Shown: positions 12,901 to 26,331, counted from the first letter of the whole stretch. The stretch: 63,584 nt of DNA, filler included, from Bigelowiella natans CCMP2755 (GCA_000320545.1; 7 parts of 7 records of this genome joined end to end with filler, not necessarily neighbours in it); one strand, 5' to 3'. Translations and numbers: made by a program. Notes: generated by a model from the sequence alone, not told the origin.

Positions 12901-13086
12901 CATGCGCAGTGAACGCCAGCTAGCCATTGTACGTACTATGTGATAATCATTCATAAATTCTTATGTGCTCCTTCAGCCACCTCAAAGTTACTTTCAAATT
13001 GCCTTCGGTGTTCGTAAGCAGAACTTCATTGAGTTCCAAATTTTGATGTAACGGCATTCGATCCGATTGATGCAATTAATATGCAA

Positions 13087-13130
<44 letters not shown>

Positions 13131-13207
13131 TAATAGATACTATAATATAGCTGTGTCTCAATATAATATAGCTGCATCTATAATCACGTGTTCGCGCGCG
13201 CGCGCAC

Positions 13208-13242
<35 letters not shown>

Positions 13243-13282
13243 GAAATATTCCACAAATGCATTCAATCTAAAAACAATATGT

Positions 13283-13340
<58 letters not shown>

Positions 13341-13630
13341 CAATATATGTATACATGATATGGCACATTTGTCTATCTGTAACTATAAGACAGGAACGCA
13401 GTTTCTATCAATGCTATGTTTTTTTAGTTAATGACCTCATCACAAAAGCCTCGTTGTGCAAGCTTATGAAGTAATTTCTTCATCTTCAGTTTTCTCTGCA
13501 TGCCGGGCTTGGCTCTATACACCTCGATCTCGCTGAATATGTACAAACGTATGGTGAGGGTAGAATGTTGCGATTTGTAATACAGAAGAGGCTATCAAGC
13601 AGTATCGTTCAATGACAAGGCATGAGCCCT

Positions 13631-15075
13631 TCAGCGTAAGGCGCACTTTCTCATAGGATGAACCCCAATGTCGGTCAACTTTTGCGCTCTCTGAAACTTG
13701 TCTGGCGGTCCCTTGAGAACCCATGCCCCCCCCCCGAAACCTGCACCTCGGTGAAGTATGAGATTTAAATTCTTGCAGAGGATACGCTTGGTGGCAATGT
13801 CATAAACATGGCCAACAGTTGTGTGCTTTCCCATTCCGAGGCGCAGTCCCACATCCACATTGCACCCGTGGAAAGTTGTGATGTACGCCATGTCACAGGG
13901 TTTATTAGCGCACATCTTTGACCCGCTCGGGGTCGGTATTTGCTTCTTCCATTTCGATGCTGAATGGTCTTTGGTATTGAGTGTGAGATGGCTGCTTGGG
14001 ATTTTGTTCTTACCTTCGGCGCCTAAATTATTTTCTTTACTATTCATTCTATTGCAACCATGGCTGACGTTGTTATATTCGTCGCTGCTCCCAGTTCTAC
14101 ATCTACCTTTGCCAGCGTTCTGCTTGTGCTTCAACACAGAGTGTACGCTGTAGCTCACTTTTCTCCCCCCTCTTCGAGCACCCTGTCTTCGTTGCGGCTG
14201 CTGTGAAATATTGTCATGTTTATGGCAATTGTTGCCTCCCTCTTTTAATTTTTTTTTTCGAGAGTTTTGATGCGGAGACGGGTAATGATGACTGTCGCCA
14301 TTCGTATCTTTCATATCGTACGACTGAATGCCGTGGAGGGAATAGTCGTGTTGACTGTGCTTGTGATAATGACTTGACGTCTGACTAATTTGGTGCTGAT
14401 GTTGAATGTCGTGACAACGGTATTCTCGAACGATTCGGAGCTCATACTCTTTTCGCCTGCAGTGTCATATGCATCTACGTCATTGAAAGGATTGGAGATA
14501 AAAACATTGTGCAAGCCGTTTGCGGAAGGATGGGATTTATTTCTTCCACTACCATTTAGATAATTTCGAATCCCAGTATCGCCAGCCTTTGATCTTCTCA
14601 TGCAGATAGAATAACAATATTTGCACAAGATACATTTGACGAGAAAGAAAATAGGAATTTACACTTACCTTTGTCGGGTCAGGCGAGAAGTCCTCAGCGA
14701 GTAGCAATCCAACCCCGTCCATTTCACGATCGACTATCCAAGAAGCCTTTTCCTTGTCGAAGTACAACCAAAATACTTTCCTTTGATCTGCATACATCTG
14801 ACAGGAGGCGAAGATAGAAAGTGAGCACCTCTCTCGAGGCATGGATTAGAACGGAAGCAAGAGCAAAAATGCCGTCCACTACCCGGTCAGATACGTGTAC
14901 AAAAATTGCCTCCGCGCACGGAAGGCGCTTCATCACCCGTTTCGAAGCCTATTGTATGGAGAAAGTGATGGGAGCCCCACAAGCAATGTTTATCTCCCAA
15001 CAAACAATGAGCACGTCGGTAGCCATTTCGCTTCGAAGGCACTTCATATTTGCCCCACCTCGAGGCACTCATTTT
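13631..15075 (-). CDS. Hypothetical multi-exon protein; ends uncertain
   Basis: Spliced frame KVFWLYFDKEKASWIVDREMDGVGLLLAEDFSPDPTK|IKGWRYWDSKLSKW|RKEYELRIVRE runs in frame into the 227-aa ORF. Confidence 0.5.
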
Positions 15076-15592
15076 GTTTTTTAGTAGTACCTCAATTCTA
15101 TAGCGAGTCATCGTCCGTCAAAATCCTTCCCCACCTTCTTCAATAGAAGCCCTTCCGATGTTGGAAAGGGGCTGAAGGGGATGGGGAAAGACGTCGATGG
15201 GTTATTACGAAGAAAATGTAATGGAAAGCATGTCGTAAGCTCTAAAAGAGATGTAATTTAATATATATTCTATTTGTCGAGTGTGCTCGAAGAATTTCAG
15301 CCGAAAACATCGTGATAAGGGTTCGCGAAGTTGGTGAGAGCTTCCCCAATAATTGCAATAATACTCGAGAAAATTGGTACATTTTTATACCGGGGAATAT
15401 CCAAATTTGGATTGATTTGCGACTTAACCGTACTGGGATCGAGTTTGTCGCCGCCCCCCATGCTCGGATCTTCACGAAAGAGGGCTGCCCCACAGGTGAC
15501 AGTCATACGATCAGCTTTTCTGGTTAAATTCATCTTCTCAGCCTTCGTAAACCAGTGTTTAGATATCCTCTTTGTCTCACAAGGAGGAAGAA

Positions 15593-16687
15593 ATGGAGGG
15601 AGAAATCTCACTGGAACGTGCTCCGAAACAGGGAAAGATGGAAGACAGACGTACCCAGCGCAAGAGCGTCCGGTCGGTGGATACTACGGAGAATGAAAGG
15701 AAGAATAAAGATACATCGACCCAATCTGTAATGTTGGATTTTACTAAAATGAACGGTGCGGGCAACGACTTCGTTGTTATCGACAATCGTGATGAGTCAA
15801 TCACCTTGTCTAAGGAGGAAATAGCCCAGCTCTGTGACCGTCACCGCGGTATAGGGGCGGATGGTCTCCTCGCAGTAGAACCCGCAGAATCTGGAGCGGA
15901 CTACAAATTTCGCTACTACAACGCTGACGGCAGCGAGGCTGAAATGTGCGGAAACGGTGCACGATGCTTCGGAGCCTTCGCAGGTTTTGCAGTTCTAATT
16001 TGATGTAACCGCCAAGTTGAACCTCGATCATTGTATTCTAAATGCTCGATGATTCCTATCGTGGTCATCTGATGATGAAATGGTCTCTGCTTGTTAATTC
16101 TAGCTCGACTCAGCTCACCGACGAAAGAAGTCGTCACCTTTGAAAGCATAGCTGGAACCCTCAGCGCCGAACTCATAGGTGGTAGCACGAATGTCCGCAT
16201 TGCCATGTGTGATCCCTTCGACCTGCACATGAACCTCAAAACCGATCTGAAGAGCGACCTACTCGGGGATATCCACTTCGTCAACACTGGAGTTCCACAT
16301 GCTGTGACTTTTGTCAGCGGCGATCTCCCTGGAATCGATGTCATTGAGAGCGGCGCGGCCATCCGCCATCATGGCCACTTTGCCCCCAAGGGCACTAACG
16401 TCAACTTTGCAAAAGTTATTTCACGAGGACACGTCGCCATTCGCACCTATGAGCGGGGAGTGGAGGGCGAGACTCTCGCATGCGGCACGGGTGTGTGTGC
16501 GTGTGCTCTTATCCACCATGTTCTTACCGATGAACCGTCTCCGATCAAAGTCAATGTTGCTGGAGGGGACACCTTGCAGGTCGGGTTCAGGCCACTTGGC
16601 GACGGGAAGTTCAAAGAGCTAACTCTCACAGGACCGGCGGACTTCGTATTCTCGGGATCGATTAAAGTCAAACGCGCGCTGCCATGA
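15593..16687 (+). CDS. dapF: Diaminopimelate epimerase; 2 exons (15593-15983, 16104-16687)
   Basis: FTKMNGAGNDF, GIGADG, EAEMCGNGARC, NTGVPHAV, GTNVNF and RTYERGVEGETLACGTG, with both catalytic Cys. The GT-AG intron restores the frame. Confidence 0.97.
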
Positions 16688-16812
16688 GCCTGGAGAAAAC
16701 AGCTTCTAGGAATTGAGACTTGACGGGGAGCGAAAGGAAAGCTATGTAAGAAAACAAGAAGTTGTGCCGAGAATGTAGTCAGCCTGGTGCGTCTGATTTG
16801 TCGACGAGGTTA

Positions 16813-18200
16813 AAATGGTTGTTTCTCTTGCTTTCCTTGTCCATGCATGCTGTCATCAAGTGCGGAACAGGCTGAGACCGATGCGACCGAGTGAGGTCGA
16901 ACTAGTGTCATCTTCGTCGGTGAGAACTGTCACGAGAGGCTCTCTTTGAAAACCTCAGCAGCTGCTTTCACTGAATCGAACAATGAAGTGGTGCCTCCGC
17001 TCTCAGTGTTTGCTCTCGTTGTTTTCACATTGACTTCATGAGCCTTGGCACCAACGAAAGCTGTGTCAACGCTGCGGTTGAATGCTCCGAACGCCACAAA
17101 ATCCCTAGGGCGGAGCACTTTGAGAAGATTCTCGACACCATTGAAAGCCTCCGTGAGTTTTGATCCAGCCATAGACCCAGAGTTGTCTACGCGACAAAAG
17201 TGCGAGCATGGCTGACAAGTGCGGTGTGTTGCAGCAGAAATCGCTCCAGCGCTCCGCGTGCCTCGCCAACCCATTAGCCCATTCTGCAAACATCGGAAGC
17301 TATTCAAAAGCAAATCTGGAACAGATTAAATGCCTAGATTTTGAAGTTTGATTCACCGGAGGCTCGGTCACCAAAGCACATCCTAGCAGCAACTACAACC
17401 ATCTTGCTAGCTTGGCATGGAGGTGACCACGAGATGAGTCAGCATCAGGCAAAATTTTGGTTCCACTGTTCATGCATGAAGGCTCGCTATGCTAGCAGCT
17501 CTAGAGCTCACCGCACGCATTTGTCGATCAACACAGCATTGCAAACATCGCACACGCAGCTCAATGCAACAGACATAGCAATGTTGTCTAGTTGTGCACA
17601 TGGCATGTCCAACTAGCTAGATGTGTGCTGCTGATGCAAAAAATTGAGTGCTAGAGTGGGCTAGTGTGGGCAAATTCGGTATCTGTGAAGAAACATGTGA
17701 GCGTTGTCCAGGTTGTAGTTGAAAGGCTTTATTGTTGTCCTACACACATTCACAACAGGTGCAATGCTGTCATGTGTGCAACGTGTGTGTAATGCCACGT
17801 TGTCCATGAACAATAAGCTACGACTTGATCAAGGTCAACATGCAAGACAGCAGCACATTGCATTTGCCAACTGTGCATCGCATCTCTAGCCATATACAGT
17901 TGTACATGCATGGCTAGCTAGATGGCGTGCACATCACGGGCGCTGTGCACTATATTTTGTCCTGTAGCCTCGGTGAATGGCCGTAGCAACATGCATGCAC
18001 GCAAGCGCGCTCGCTCTTACATGCATTGCCTTCGCCGTTTGTAGAGAAAGCGATACGTGTCATCATGAGCAATGCATATTTGACTAGTCTAGTAGTCTTC
18101 ATTGTTCAAACCTGTTCTCAGCAGCCATTGTGCACACATCTAGACATGCATGCACATGCACGCACCCTCTTGATTGCATCGAATGGCGAGCCTATTCATA
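16813..18200. other. TpA-depleted island, includes the vWA pseudogene
   Basis: 16813-17320 has only 6 TpA, all CTAG/CTAN/NTAG; the remainder is CTAG/CATG/TGCA-rich with a few residual TpA. Confidence 0.85.
16850..17200 (-). pseudogene. von Willebrand factor A (vWA) domain pseudogene
   Basis: VDNSGSM (MIDAS) and GGTTSLFDSV are followed by a stop; VTVLTDEDDTSS (the LTDG..TSS motif) continues in a shifted frame. No Tyr codons. Confidence 0.75.
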
Positions 18201-18206
18201 CTCCTA

Positions 18207-18487
18207 CTAAGTCATAGATGTCTTATATCTAGCCCATGGCGACTTTGGTAGATTTGGTCTTGGCCATAGTTCTCGCAACGATGAAGAGTAGTGTCGGCTA
18301 CGCGGTGAAGATAGCGAAGATCCTGCTGCTACAACTTCTTCGCCTCCTCCTTTTGGGCGTCCAATTATCAGGTAATTCTTCAGCGTGATCTCCCTCGGGA
18401 TAGTTTCGGAACTAACCTCGTAGCTGCGCAAAAATAGCCAAAAACAAAGAAGAGAAACAGCAGTAAGCAGGTGGTATTTCATAAAGT

Positions 18488-18534
<47 letters not shown>

Positions 18535-19276
18535 TATTAGAACTTCCACGACCGACTTTGACGCATTATAGAACGGTGCTTCACGGAAAAAGTAAGATAC
18601 AATCCATTGCATTGCGAAGTGCCACTGCCACCGCTGCTGCTGCGATCATCATCACACCCCTCATCCTGGAGCAATTTGGCTCTATGCGCGTCTGTTCCCC
18701 TCTCCAGCCCAAGCCTGTCGACGAACTGAGACCGAGATGAGGATCCGACGTAATGGCGGAAGAAGCCGCTGTGATCTTTCAACAACAATCTTCCAGAGGA
18801 GGGAGGCGAGGCAGGAGGTGGCAGCGAGGAGGAGGCAGCAGGGTTGTTTCGCACCTGATCATCCTTGCTGCTACTACTCGAAGTTGATTGTTTCTTCTTC
18901 CTCCCCCTCCCCTCCCCGCGATCACCCTTTCCTCTCTTTTCGGGCAGTTGTTGCTGTCGCTGCCGCTGCTGCTGCTGCTGCTGCTGACGTAAAAGACCTC
19001 GATGGCAGCATGGAAGGACTGCTACAGGAGACCCGCAGCTCGCCGCAAGCTCTAACACTGGTCAAAATTCGTAGTGAGTGGGAATATCACCGATTGGTAC
19101 AAGAAAGACAAATCTACATCATAAAGAATGGAATACATCTTACTTTAGTTACTGGACTACCCATATCAGTGAGATCTCCGCACGCATGTACAGACACGAG
19201 GACGGAGTCGTTTGCAGCTTTGACTTCAGATATGCTTCCAGTTACGTAGCGGTGACGGGTAGCAATATCAGGCCAT

Positions 19277-19326
<50 letters not shown>

Positions 19327-20802
19327 CAATAAGCATATCCTACTACTGACTAGACAACTTGATGTATAATTTGGATACAGCCCAGAATGAAATAGAGAAA
19401 GGGCACTGATAAGAAATGCATGTTCAATCAAAATTCGCGTCGCTGTACGGTGCCCGCCGGCGTTCTCAGCACCATCATTGTGTTTTGAACGACGGGTTTT
19501 ATTTAACTCATTTTTCGTAAATTCAAATCGCAATGATACGTCTTGACTCCGCTAACTCTCGACTCCGGGAATCTACGAAATACACTGACTACCCATCACC
19601 TGTTTGAGAATGCTTGGAACAAGCGTACGGCGCTTTCAGGCATCGTTGTATCTACACACAATGCTGTGCTTTGGCGGGAAACGTCCATAACCAGCAGCAT
19701 TAACGACAGAAGACCTTTTTGTTTTAAACATTGTTTAAGTTCTATCCATATTTGACGTCACCGATCCATTGCTGCTAAACTCACAAAAATGATGCTTTCT
19801 TGCAGCAAGATCTAGGTTGCAACGTTACGCACCGTGCCCAGCTGCCATATCCACAAACCTCTTGTACTGACGATGTTATAAAACAATGTCTTCCAGATGA
19901 GTATGCGCAATGCGGGGTGAGAAACAAGGAAAACCAATCAACACATTGAATAGTTCAGCACTAAGATGTACGAGCGAGCTCCAACTCATCATTTATTGTA
20001 ACATGAATGACCAATTCAGTTCTATTACTATTCCCTCTACAATGCTGGAAACAACCTCAGAGAAGTTACGATGCACGTAGCGAGCAACCTATTCGAACAC
20101 CAATAAACAAGCGCAAACAAGGAGAGAGTCCGGGGCTGCGAAAATACTAATTATTATATAATATACGAAACACTGCGAACTAGTTTACGCCGTATGGCTA
20201 TCATGTGCAATAGACAAGAAATTATAGCCGTCGATTGACGAGTCCCCCATGCTATGCTACATCCCGCTCCTTTTTGTTATCGAAAGGCCAAAGACCTCCC
20301 AGCTTTCATAGAGCTCCTTTCTTGGTACGCATTCCGCGGTGCAAACGACTCGGGCAAATTCGTCGAATAACGAGCAACCGCCATAGAGATTCTATTCAAG
20401 CAAATCGCACATTTTTGATTTGGATATGCACCCGAACGGTGTGCAGGCAGGTCCTTTTACCTGGTCTTGGAGCGTAAGCTTTTTCCTCGAGCTAAGTCTG
20501 TGGGGGGGGTACTTGTCGCGCTCGCTGCTGAATTGATCATGAAGCAACCGAAGGCGTTGACGAGGCTCGTGCTCATTTCGATCGTATTCGACGCCTTGAC
20601 TTTCAATATGGCTTGACCCGAGCCTATGTGAGTGTGGAGCAGTGCGATTGAGAGGAATGTTGTTGAGGTGTAAATAAACATCTCTAAATAACGTCTACAT
20701 TGTCTCGCAGTTTGAGATGACAATCAGGGCCCGCATGTGCAACCCCAAAAGTAACAAAGCCCAGGCTGCCTGTACCCCCCGTCGGCAGCCCCCCCCCCTC
20801 AT
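18207..20802 (-). CDS. SAM-dependent methyltransferase, Methyltransf_32-like, multi-exon; 5' end uncertain
   Basis: LFDEFARVVCTAECVPRKELYESWEV, FVDMAAGHG, VSVHACGDLTD, VAVLPCCH and IPREITLKNYLIIGRP in order on the minus strand. Confidence 0.8.
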
Positions 20803-21030
20803 GGACTCTCGGCCGGCTGGAATGTGAACGAAAAAAAATGAAGCAACTCCTGGAAAAAAAAGAACGGATAAATAACGCATGATTGTCTTGTCGCATCGAG
20901 AAAATCCAAGCTGTTCGTCATAAATTGCATGGAATTTTTACTTGGTAAGTCTGGAAGTGGACGCGCGACAACAGATCTTGTTCAGCAAAGGAGGAAGTGG
21001 ATGAGTTGGCTCTCCTCGCAATGATTTTTA

Positions 21031-21830
21031 CTTGAGGCGCTGCTGCATGCATGCGCCTGTCTCCCATGCGGTTCTGGCGCATGTGAATGTGAATCAATGC
21101 TTTGTTTGTTGTCAATTGTTCATTGTTCTTCGGACGATCTTCCCAGCTGCATCATTGGAATCTTTGTTGATTGGAAAGGAGACAATTCGAAACGGTCGGG
21201 GGAACAAACGATGCAATCAACGATGGCGGTGACGTGCGCCATCGGAATCGTGCACTTGTTAGCTTGGTTTGTCCCCAGTTGGCTCAAAAGCGGACGAGAA
21301 TTTCAATGTCCAACAATGTCAATCTAGCAATGTCGTGATGTCGTGCAGCAGAATTGATTGATTTTGCTTGTTCAAACTCACAACTAGACAATGCTTTTTC
21401 GAAGCGCATGCCACGTGTGCAGTGTTTTGATTTCGATTCACTTGAACGCGCAAGGCGAACCACTGCGAAAACCAACGAAATGAAAAGTGCATTGGCTTGA
21501 CCATGGCTGACCTCGCATTCAGCTCGAACGAAATTGTCGTTTCGAATTGTTCGATTTCAAACGCCGAACACGCGCGAGGTGCAACAGTGACCGTTGTGAT
21601 GTCACAGTGCCCTTTTCGTCGGTCGTTGTGTCGCTTGCGTGGTGCGATTTTTCACGTCACTAGGTCACTGTCTGGAAACGTCAGGTCATGCCGTGCGCAA
21701 GAGTGGCCGTTCAGTTCATCTCTTGTGCGATGACTGGACGCAAAACGAAGAAACAACAATGTGGGCGTGTGCGCGTGCGCAACATGTGATCTTGGTCGCA
21801 CTTGGCTACATGGCTATGCGCTAAGATGAG
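21031..21830. other. TpA-depleted island, non-repetitive sequence
   Basis: Only 4 TpA in 21031-21805 (3 CTAG, 1 TTAG). The first TpAs at the right edge are CTAC, CTAT, CTAA. CpG is abundant. Confidence 0.92.
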
Positions 21831-22036
21831 CAAGAAAACGCCGATCAAGAAACGGCAATTAGGACTATATTCATTCAGCTGACGCCGAAAGTATAGTACA
21901 CGCGTGATTTAGGAATCGAGTTTATCTGTACTGTGCTACACCTGAACATGATGATCTGTCGTCCTTCTCGTTAGCGCATGCGAACATCGTGGAGCAGTGA
22001 TCTACTATATGAATTTGGATGAAGAAAGGGTGCTCT

Positions 22037-23187
22037 CTACTTCTTTTTCTTCCCCTTTTTCTTCTTCTTCTTTGACCCGCCGTCTCCAGAAATGGTATTC
22101 ACAATCTGAGAATAGGTCGGTATGAGAAAGATGGTATGTGGAGGAAACATAGCATCCTCTTACCTTTGTAGAGATCTCTAAGCATTCGATTAAGGGCGCA
22201 TATTGTTCTGTATTCTTTCTTACGTTTGCCACCTGTTCGATGTTTCAGGAGGATTCGGTGAATTGCTTTTTAGAAGCGGAGAAGGTTTGAAGATGAAAAA
22301 CTATACTACAATTTGATTGCTATGGGAAAAGCAGTACATCATTATTTTGGGGGAATCTGTTATTGCCCAGATAATGCTGAGCCATCTAGCAATAATCCTT
22401 CCTAATCAAACCCGATATCTTCCCCTTCCCAATTGATAGGTTGCCAGCGTTCCCCGGCAACTAAACTTTGCTATAACTCTAATTCGTTGTAAGCTTGTCC
22501 TAATTTCTACTGCCTATTTCTCCATAACATATATATTGGGGATCTATTAAGGATTTGATTCAGCCCTGCAGACACACCTTCAGGAACTCTTCTATCTGCT
22601 CTTCACTCATTGGGTTTCCTTTGAACTACTCGCCATTTTGAAAACAGAGGCTTCGTTATTGGCAGGCTACGCGGCAAACGAACATTTTGCACACTCTTTT
22701 CTAACCATCTAAAAGCTCAAAGTGAAGAATTATAAGGTTACAGAGCTCACACTACGCCTTTGTCGGTGTTATTGATCATTGATGACCTTCCCTTGGAGCT
22801 CCGTTAGTGCGAACCTGTAAAATACGTGAATTGGAAAGGCAGGAAGTTCTTCTGTTAAATCGAATGAAGGGAAATCTGTTTCAAATCTGTGAGACATCGT
22901 CACCAGTGCTGTATTCGCTAATTATGTTTTGTTGCTTCGGTAAGCAAGCGTTTTGCACTTGCTTCATATTGAAAGGCTATCATGCGACCGCGCACTTCGA
23001 AAAGAAGAAGGCATCAATCGGCTTGACTGACGAACAAAGCCGTGGTAGAGTTTCATTGATTGAAAATAAAACGAATCGCTGCTGTTATGCTACAGTACTT
23101 CAGTTGATCTGGGGTAATGCCGTTAGATTTCCCGTCGCCAACGCCTCTTAATACGTAAAAAGAAAATATTTGTTGGTACAGAATCTG

Positions 23188-23243
<56 letters not shown>

Positions 23244-23495
23244 AATATATAATTTTGACCCAAAGGTAAGCGATCTCCAGCTTTTCTATGGTGGTTGTGG
23301 CTTATATATTCGATGTTTTGGGCATTTGTGCAGGCGAGAAACATCCAACAAATCTTAAAGTTAACGAAATGCTAACTTGCTCAGATCTACAACGCTAAAG
23401 TAAATTGTGCAAAGGACCGGAATGCGGAGGCTAATGAATCTATCTGTTGCTTCTTGTCCCTCATGACTTGTTTGTATATCTACCATTGAAACGAA

Positions 23496-23539
<44 letters not shown>

Positions 23540-24105
23540 ATCCTCGAACGTGCTAATCTGATAATGCTATTACTCTAGCGTGCTATACGGAAAATCTCTT
23601 CCGCCCCCCCCCCCCCCCCCCTCTCTCTCTCTCTCTCTCCCTCTCTCTATGTGCGTGCGTGTGTGTGTGTGTTGATCATATCTAATATAAATCAATAATA
23701 ATAGGAGTATTTGAAAGCAGCACATTTAGAAAGTCGACGAGGCCGAAAAGCTTCATTGGTTCCCACACAACTGCGTTGGCTGATGATGTGTACAGCAAGC
23801 AAGCATTCATTCGTTGCGTATTTGCTTCCAAAACTGGATGATCGATTGTGCATCGGGTCGAGATATCGCCACTAGAACGACCGAGTACGGAAAAAAACCG
23901 AAAGCATATAGCCTTCTATTTAATGTGAAGACGGCAGCATCGAAGGGTATTGCACAGCAATATATAGTTCGCAGTAGTGAAACTTCTTAGGCACTTTTTG
24001 GCTTTGGTTATGGAATTAAGGCTCGAGATAATTTTAAGGCTTTTTCTTTTTTTTTTACTTCACACAATGGTCTACAACAATTTCGTACGTGTGCGCAAAC
24101 GCACA

Positions 24106-24152
<47 letters not shown>

Positions 24153-25437
24153 GATTGAGAGCGGTCATTACAAATATAACAAATGAGCTATTCATCGATT
24201 GCAATCTAAATCTTATTCCTTTCAATACATGGTGGCAAAACAGTCAACCATTCTTTGGAAACGTTGCTTTCGGTCTCTTAAACATGAAGAGCTGCTCCTC
24301 TAGTTCGTCGTCCGTAAACATGAACCCTAACATCGTAATACACACGTAAACGTTGTAAACCAAGTTGCACCAATGATCCAACTATAAATTATTTGAGACT
24401 TGTGGAAAGAACTCTAAGACGAACTGAACATATCAGACAACTAAGGCGAATGGAACATGTCAGACAAAATCGTCCTATATTTTCTGTTCGAATGCTCTAT
24501 TTTTCTTTTCAGCCTCGAAATGCAAGTAGCCAATTTCGTAAATCAGCGACGCAAACGTTCTTACTACCAAGCCTCTTCCACATTATTGCGAGTGCCTCTC
24601 TCGGCTTGATATTATCGGCCCTGTAAAAGACATATATACCGACGATGTGCACAAGGTGAGGAGATCTATCATAACGGCTAAATGATGGCCACCAACCTCC
24701 ACTGATCTACTTGCTGATCAACACGGCCCTTTGTTATATCGACTGTGTGTATCCAAAAGGGGGGAGGGAGTCGTGAGCACACACGGTGAAAGATGTTCGG
24801 AGCGCCGCCCCGCCCCCCCGCCCCCTTTGCACGTATTGCATCGAAAGAAAGGTAACGGGAGAGAAAGAGAATGAAATTCAGACAATGAGATCTTTTATTC
24901 CTCTGCATCCTCCCAGTGAAGCTTTGTAGTCACCTCCTTTGTCTTTGAGGTCCGCCAAGGCCATGTCCCTGTAATCATCCTTGACCTAAAAAGTTGAACG
25001 ATAATAATGTTTATCTAACAGATACCCACTCTACATACCCCCTTGTACCCAACCTCTTCATAAGCGGTCCCGATTTCATCATACACAGCCTAGGGGTGAA
25101 TTAAATGTAGAAGCATGTTAAGCGCAGCGTGATTGCAAGTGGTGGCTTGAAGTTTTGAGATGTATCGAATCTAGTTTTGGTTATTTTGACCTGGCCCATT
25201 TCCTTTTTGAATTCCAACTGCGCTCGAATTTGCTCAGGATCGGTGTAGAGCACCTCCCCCTTCACCTGCGAGTGGACATGTGGTATATTAGAATACGACG
25301 CTGGTACAGGAGCAATCTTCAAATAGTACCATGAAAATAGGCTATTCTTTATTCGCTTCTTTACATAACCTCCCTCATTCTATACCATATCCCCCCTCCC
25401 CAACCTGTTTAGCGTCTTTCTTATTCTTCTTCGGCAT
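22037..25437 (-). CDS. Calmodulin-like/EF-hand-type protein with many short exons and a polybasic C-terminus
   Basis: MPKKNKKDAKQ|VKGEVLYTDPEQ..., MLGFMFTDDELEEQ, FKGNPMSEEQIEEFLK, terminal IVNTISGDGGSKKKKKKGKKKK*. Exon joins only partly resolved. Confidence 0.5.
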
Positions 25438-26331
25438 CGGCTCTTCTGGATCACACTCCAAGGGGCGGGCACGTCGCCGTCTGCTTTTTATTGTGGCAAA
25501 TTTATTAGCCAAATATTACCAAAGAAGTTAAGTAGAAGAGCCGAGCTTCCCTATTTGTATATGTATAAATTTAAACATAGTGCATCTTATAAATTATATA
25601 AATTCCATTAAACATCGTAAGATTATTGCCGAAATTTCGATCGGAAGTAAAAGTCCTGAAACGGTTACCTCAGGCGACGATAACGGCTACTCTGCGACCA
25701 GTCAAAAGGGTAGTCTCCTTTAGAAATCGGCGACCGCTTCGAAAAAGCACGACAGAACAAAATATTTAGATATTCTGCGCATGTAAGACTATTCCGTGGT
25801 TCACGAGAATTTTCCCAACGGTAGTCGCCAAACGAGGAATAATCTCGGTTTTGAGTTCATCGAAGAAACATCTAAAAACTCGATTTGTTTATCACTGGCG
25901 ACGTGTCCAAAGCAAAGGAAGCAAAAGCTCTGGAAGATCGGGAAAGCGTATTGTGAAGTGTTCAATAAATGATTGTCGCAGGCTACATTTTCGATAGAAA
26001 TAGAGGCCATTTTACGATTTTGTTCGTTCCGCAAGACTGCCTAAAGCTGCATTCCCAACTTCACCGCCCCCCACCCAGCTCACCTCCCACGCTGCAGGCA
26101 AGAAAGCAAGCGTAGATCCTAATTCTGCCATCACGCTTCGGTTTATCGTGGAAATTTTCGTTCGTTTGATCTAGAGCACATGTGATATACTTGTAATTGA
26201 GGAGTATCATTGCTTCGTGTTTCCCCCATCATCCTCCCTTGACCCTTAGGTCGAAGCTAGACGACGCAGACAAGGCCTTTCCCCCAGTGCCCTCCTTGCG
26301 TCTCTGCCCGCGCCCATACAAGGTAGAAGGC

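Noticed and set aside
18-16687. thrB and dapF as an aspartate-family amino-acid gene cluster
   Set aside because: They are 13 kb apart with unrelated genes between, and an assembly linker separates them.
20918-21824. Many overlapping Cys/His-rich ORFs in the islands (also 31642-32043, 33197-34286)
   Set aside because: Loss of TAA/TAG stops and Tyr codons inflates ORFs in all frames; no domain evidence.
21031-21830. CpG deamination or fungal RIP as the cause of TG/CA excess
   Set aside because: CpG stays abundant and TpA is lost rather than gained, the opposite of both processes.
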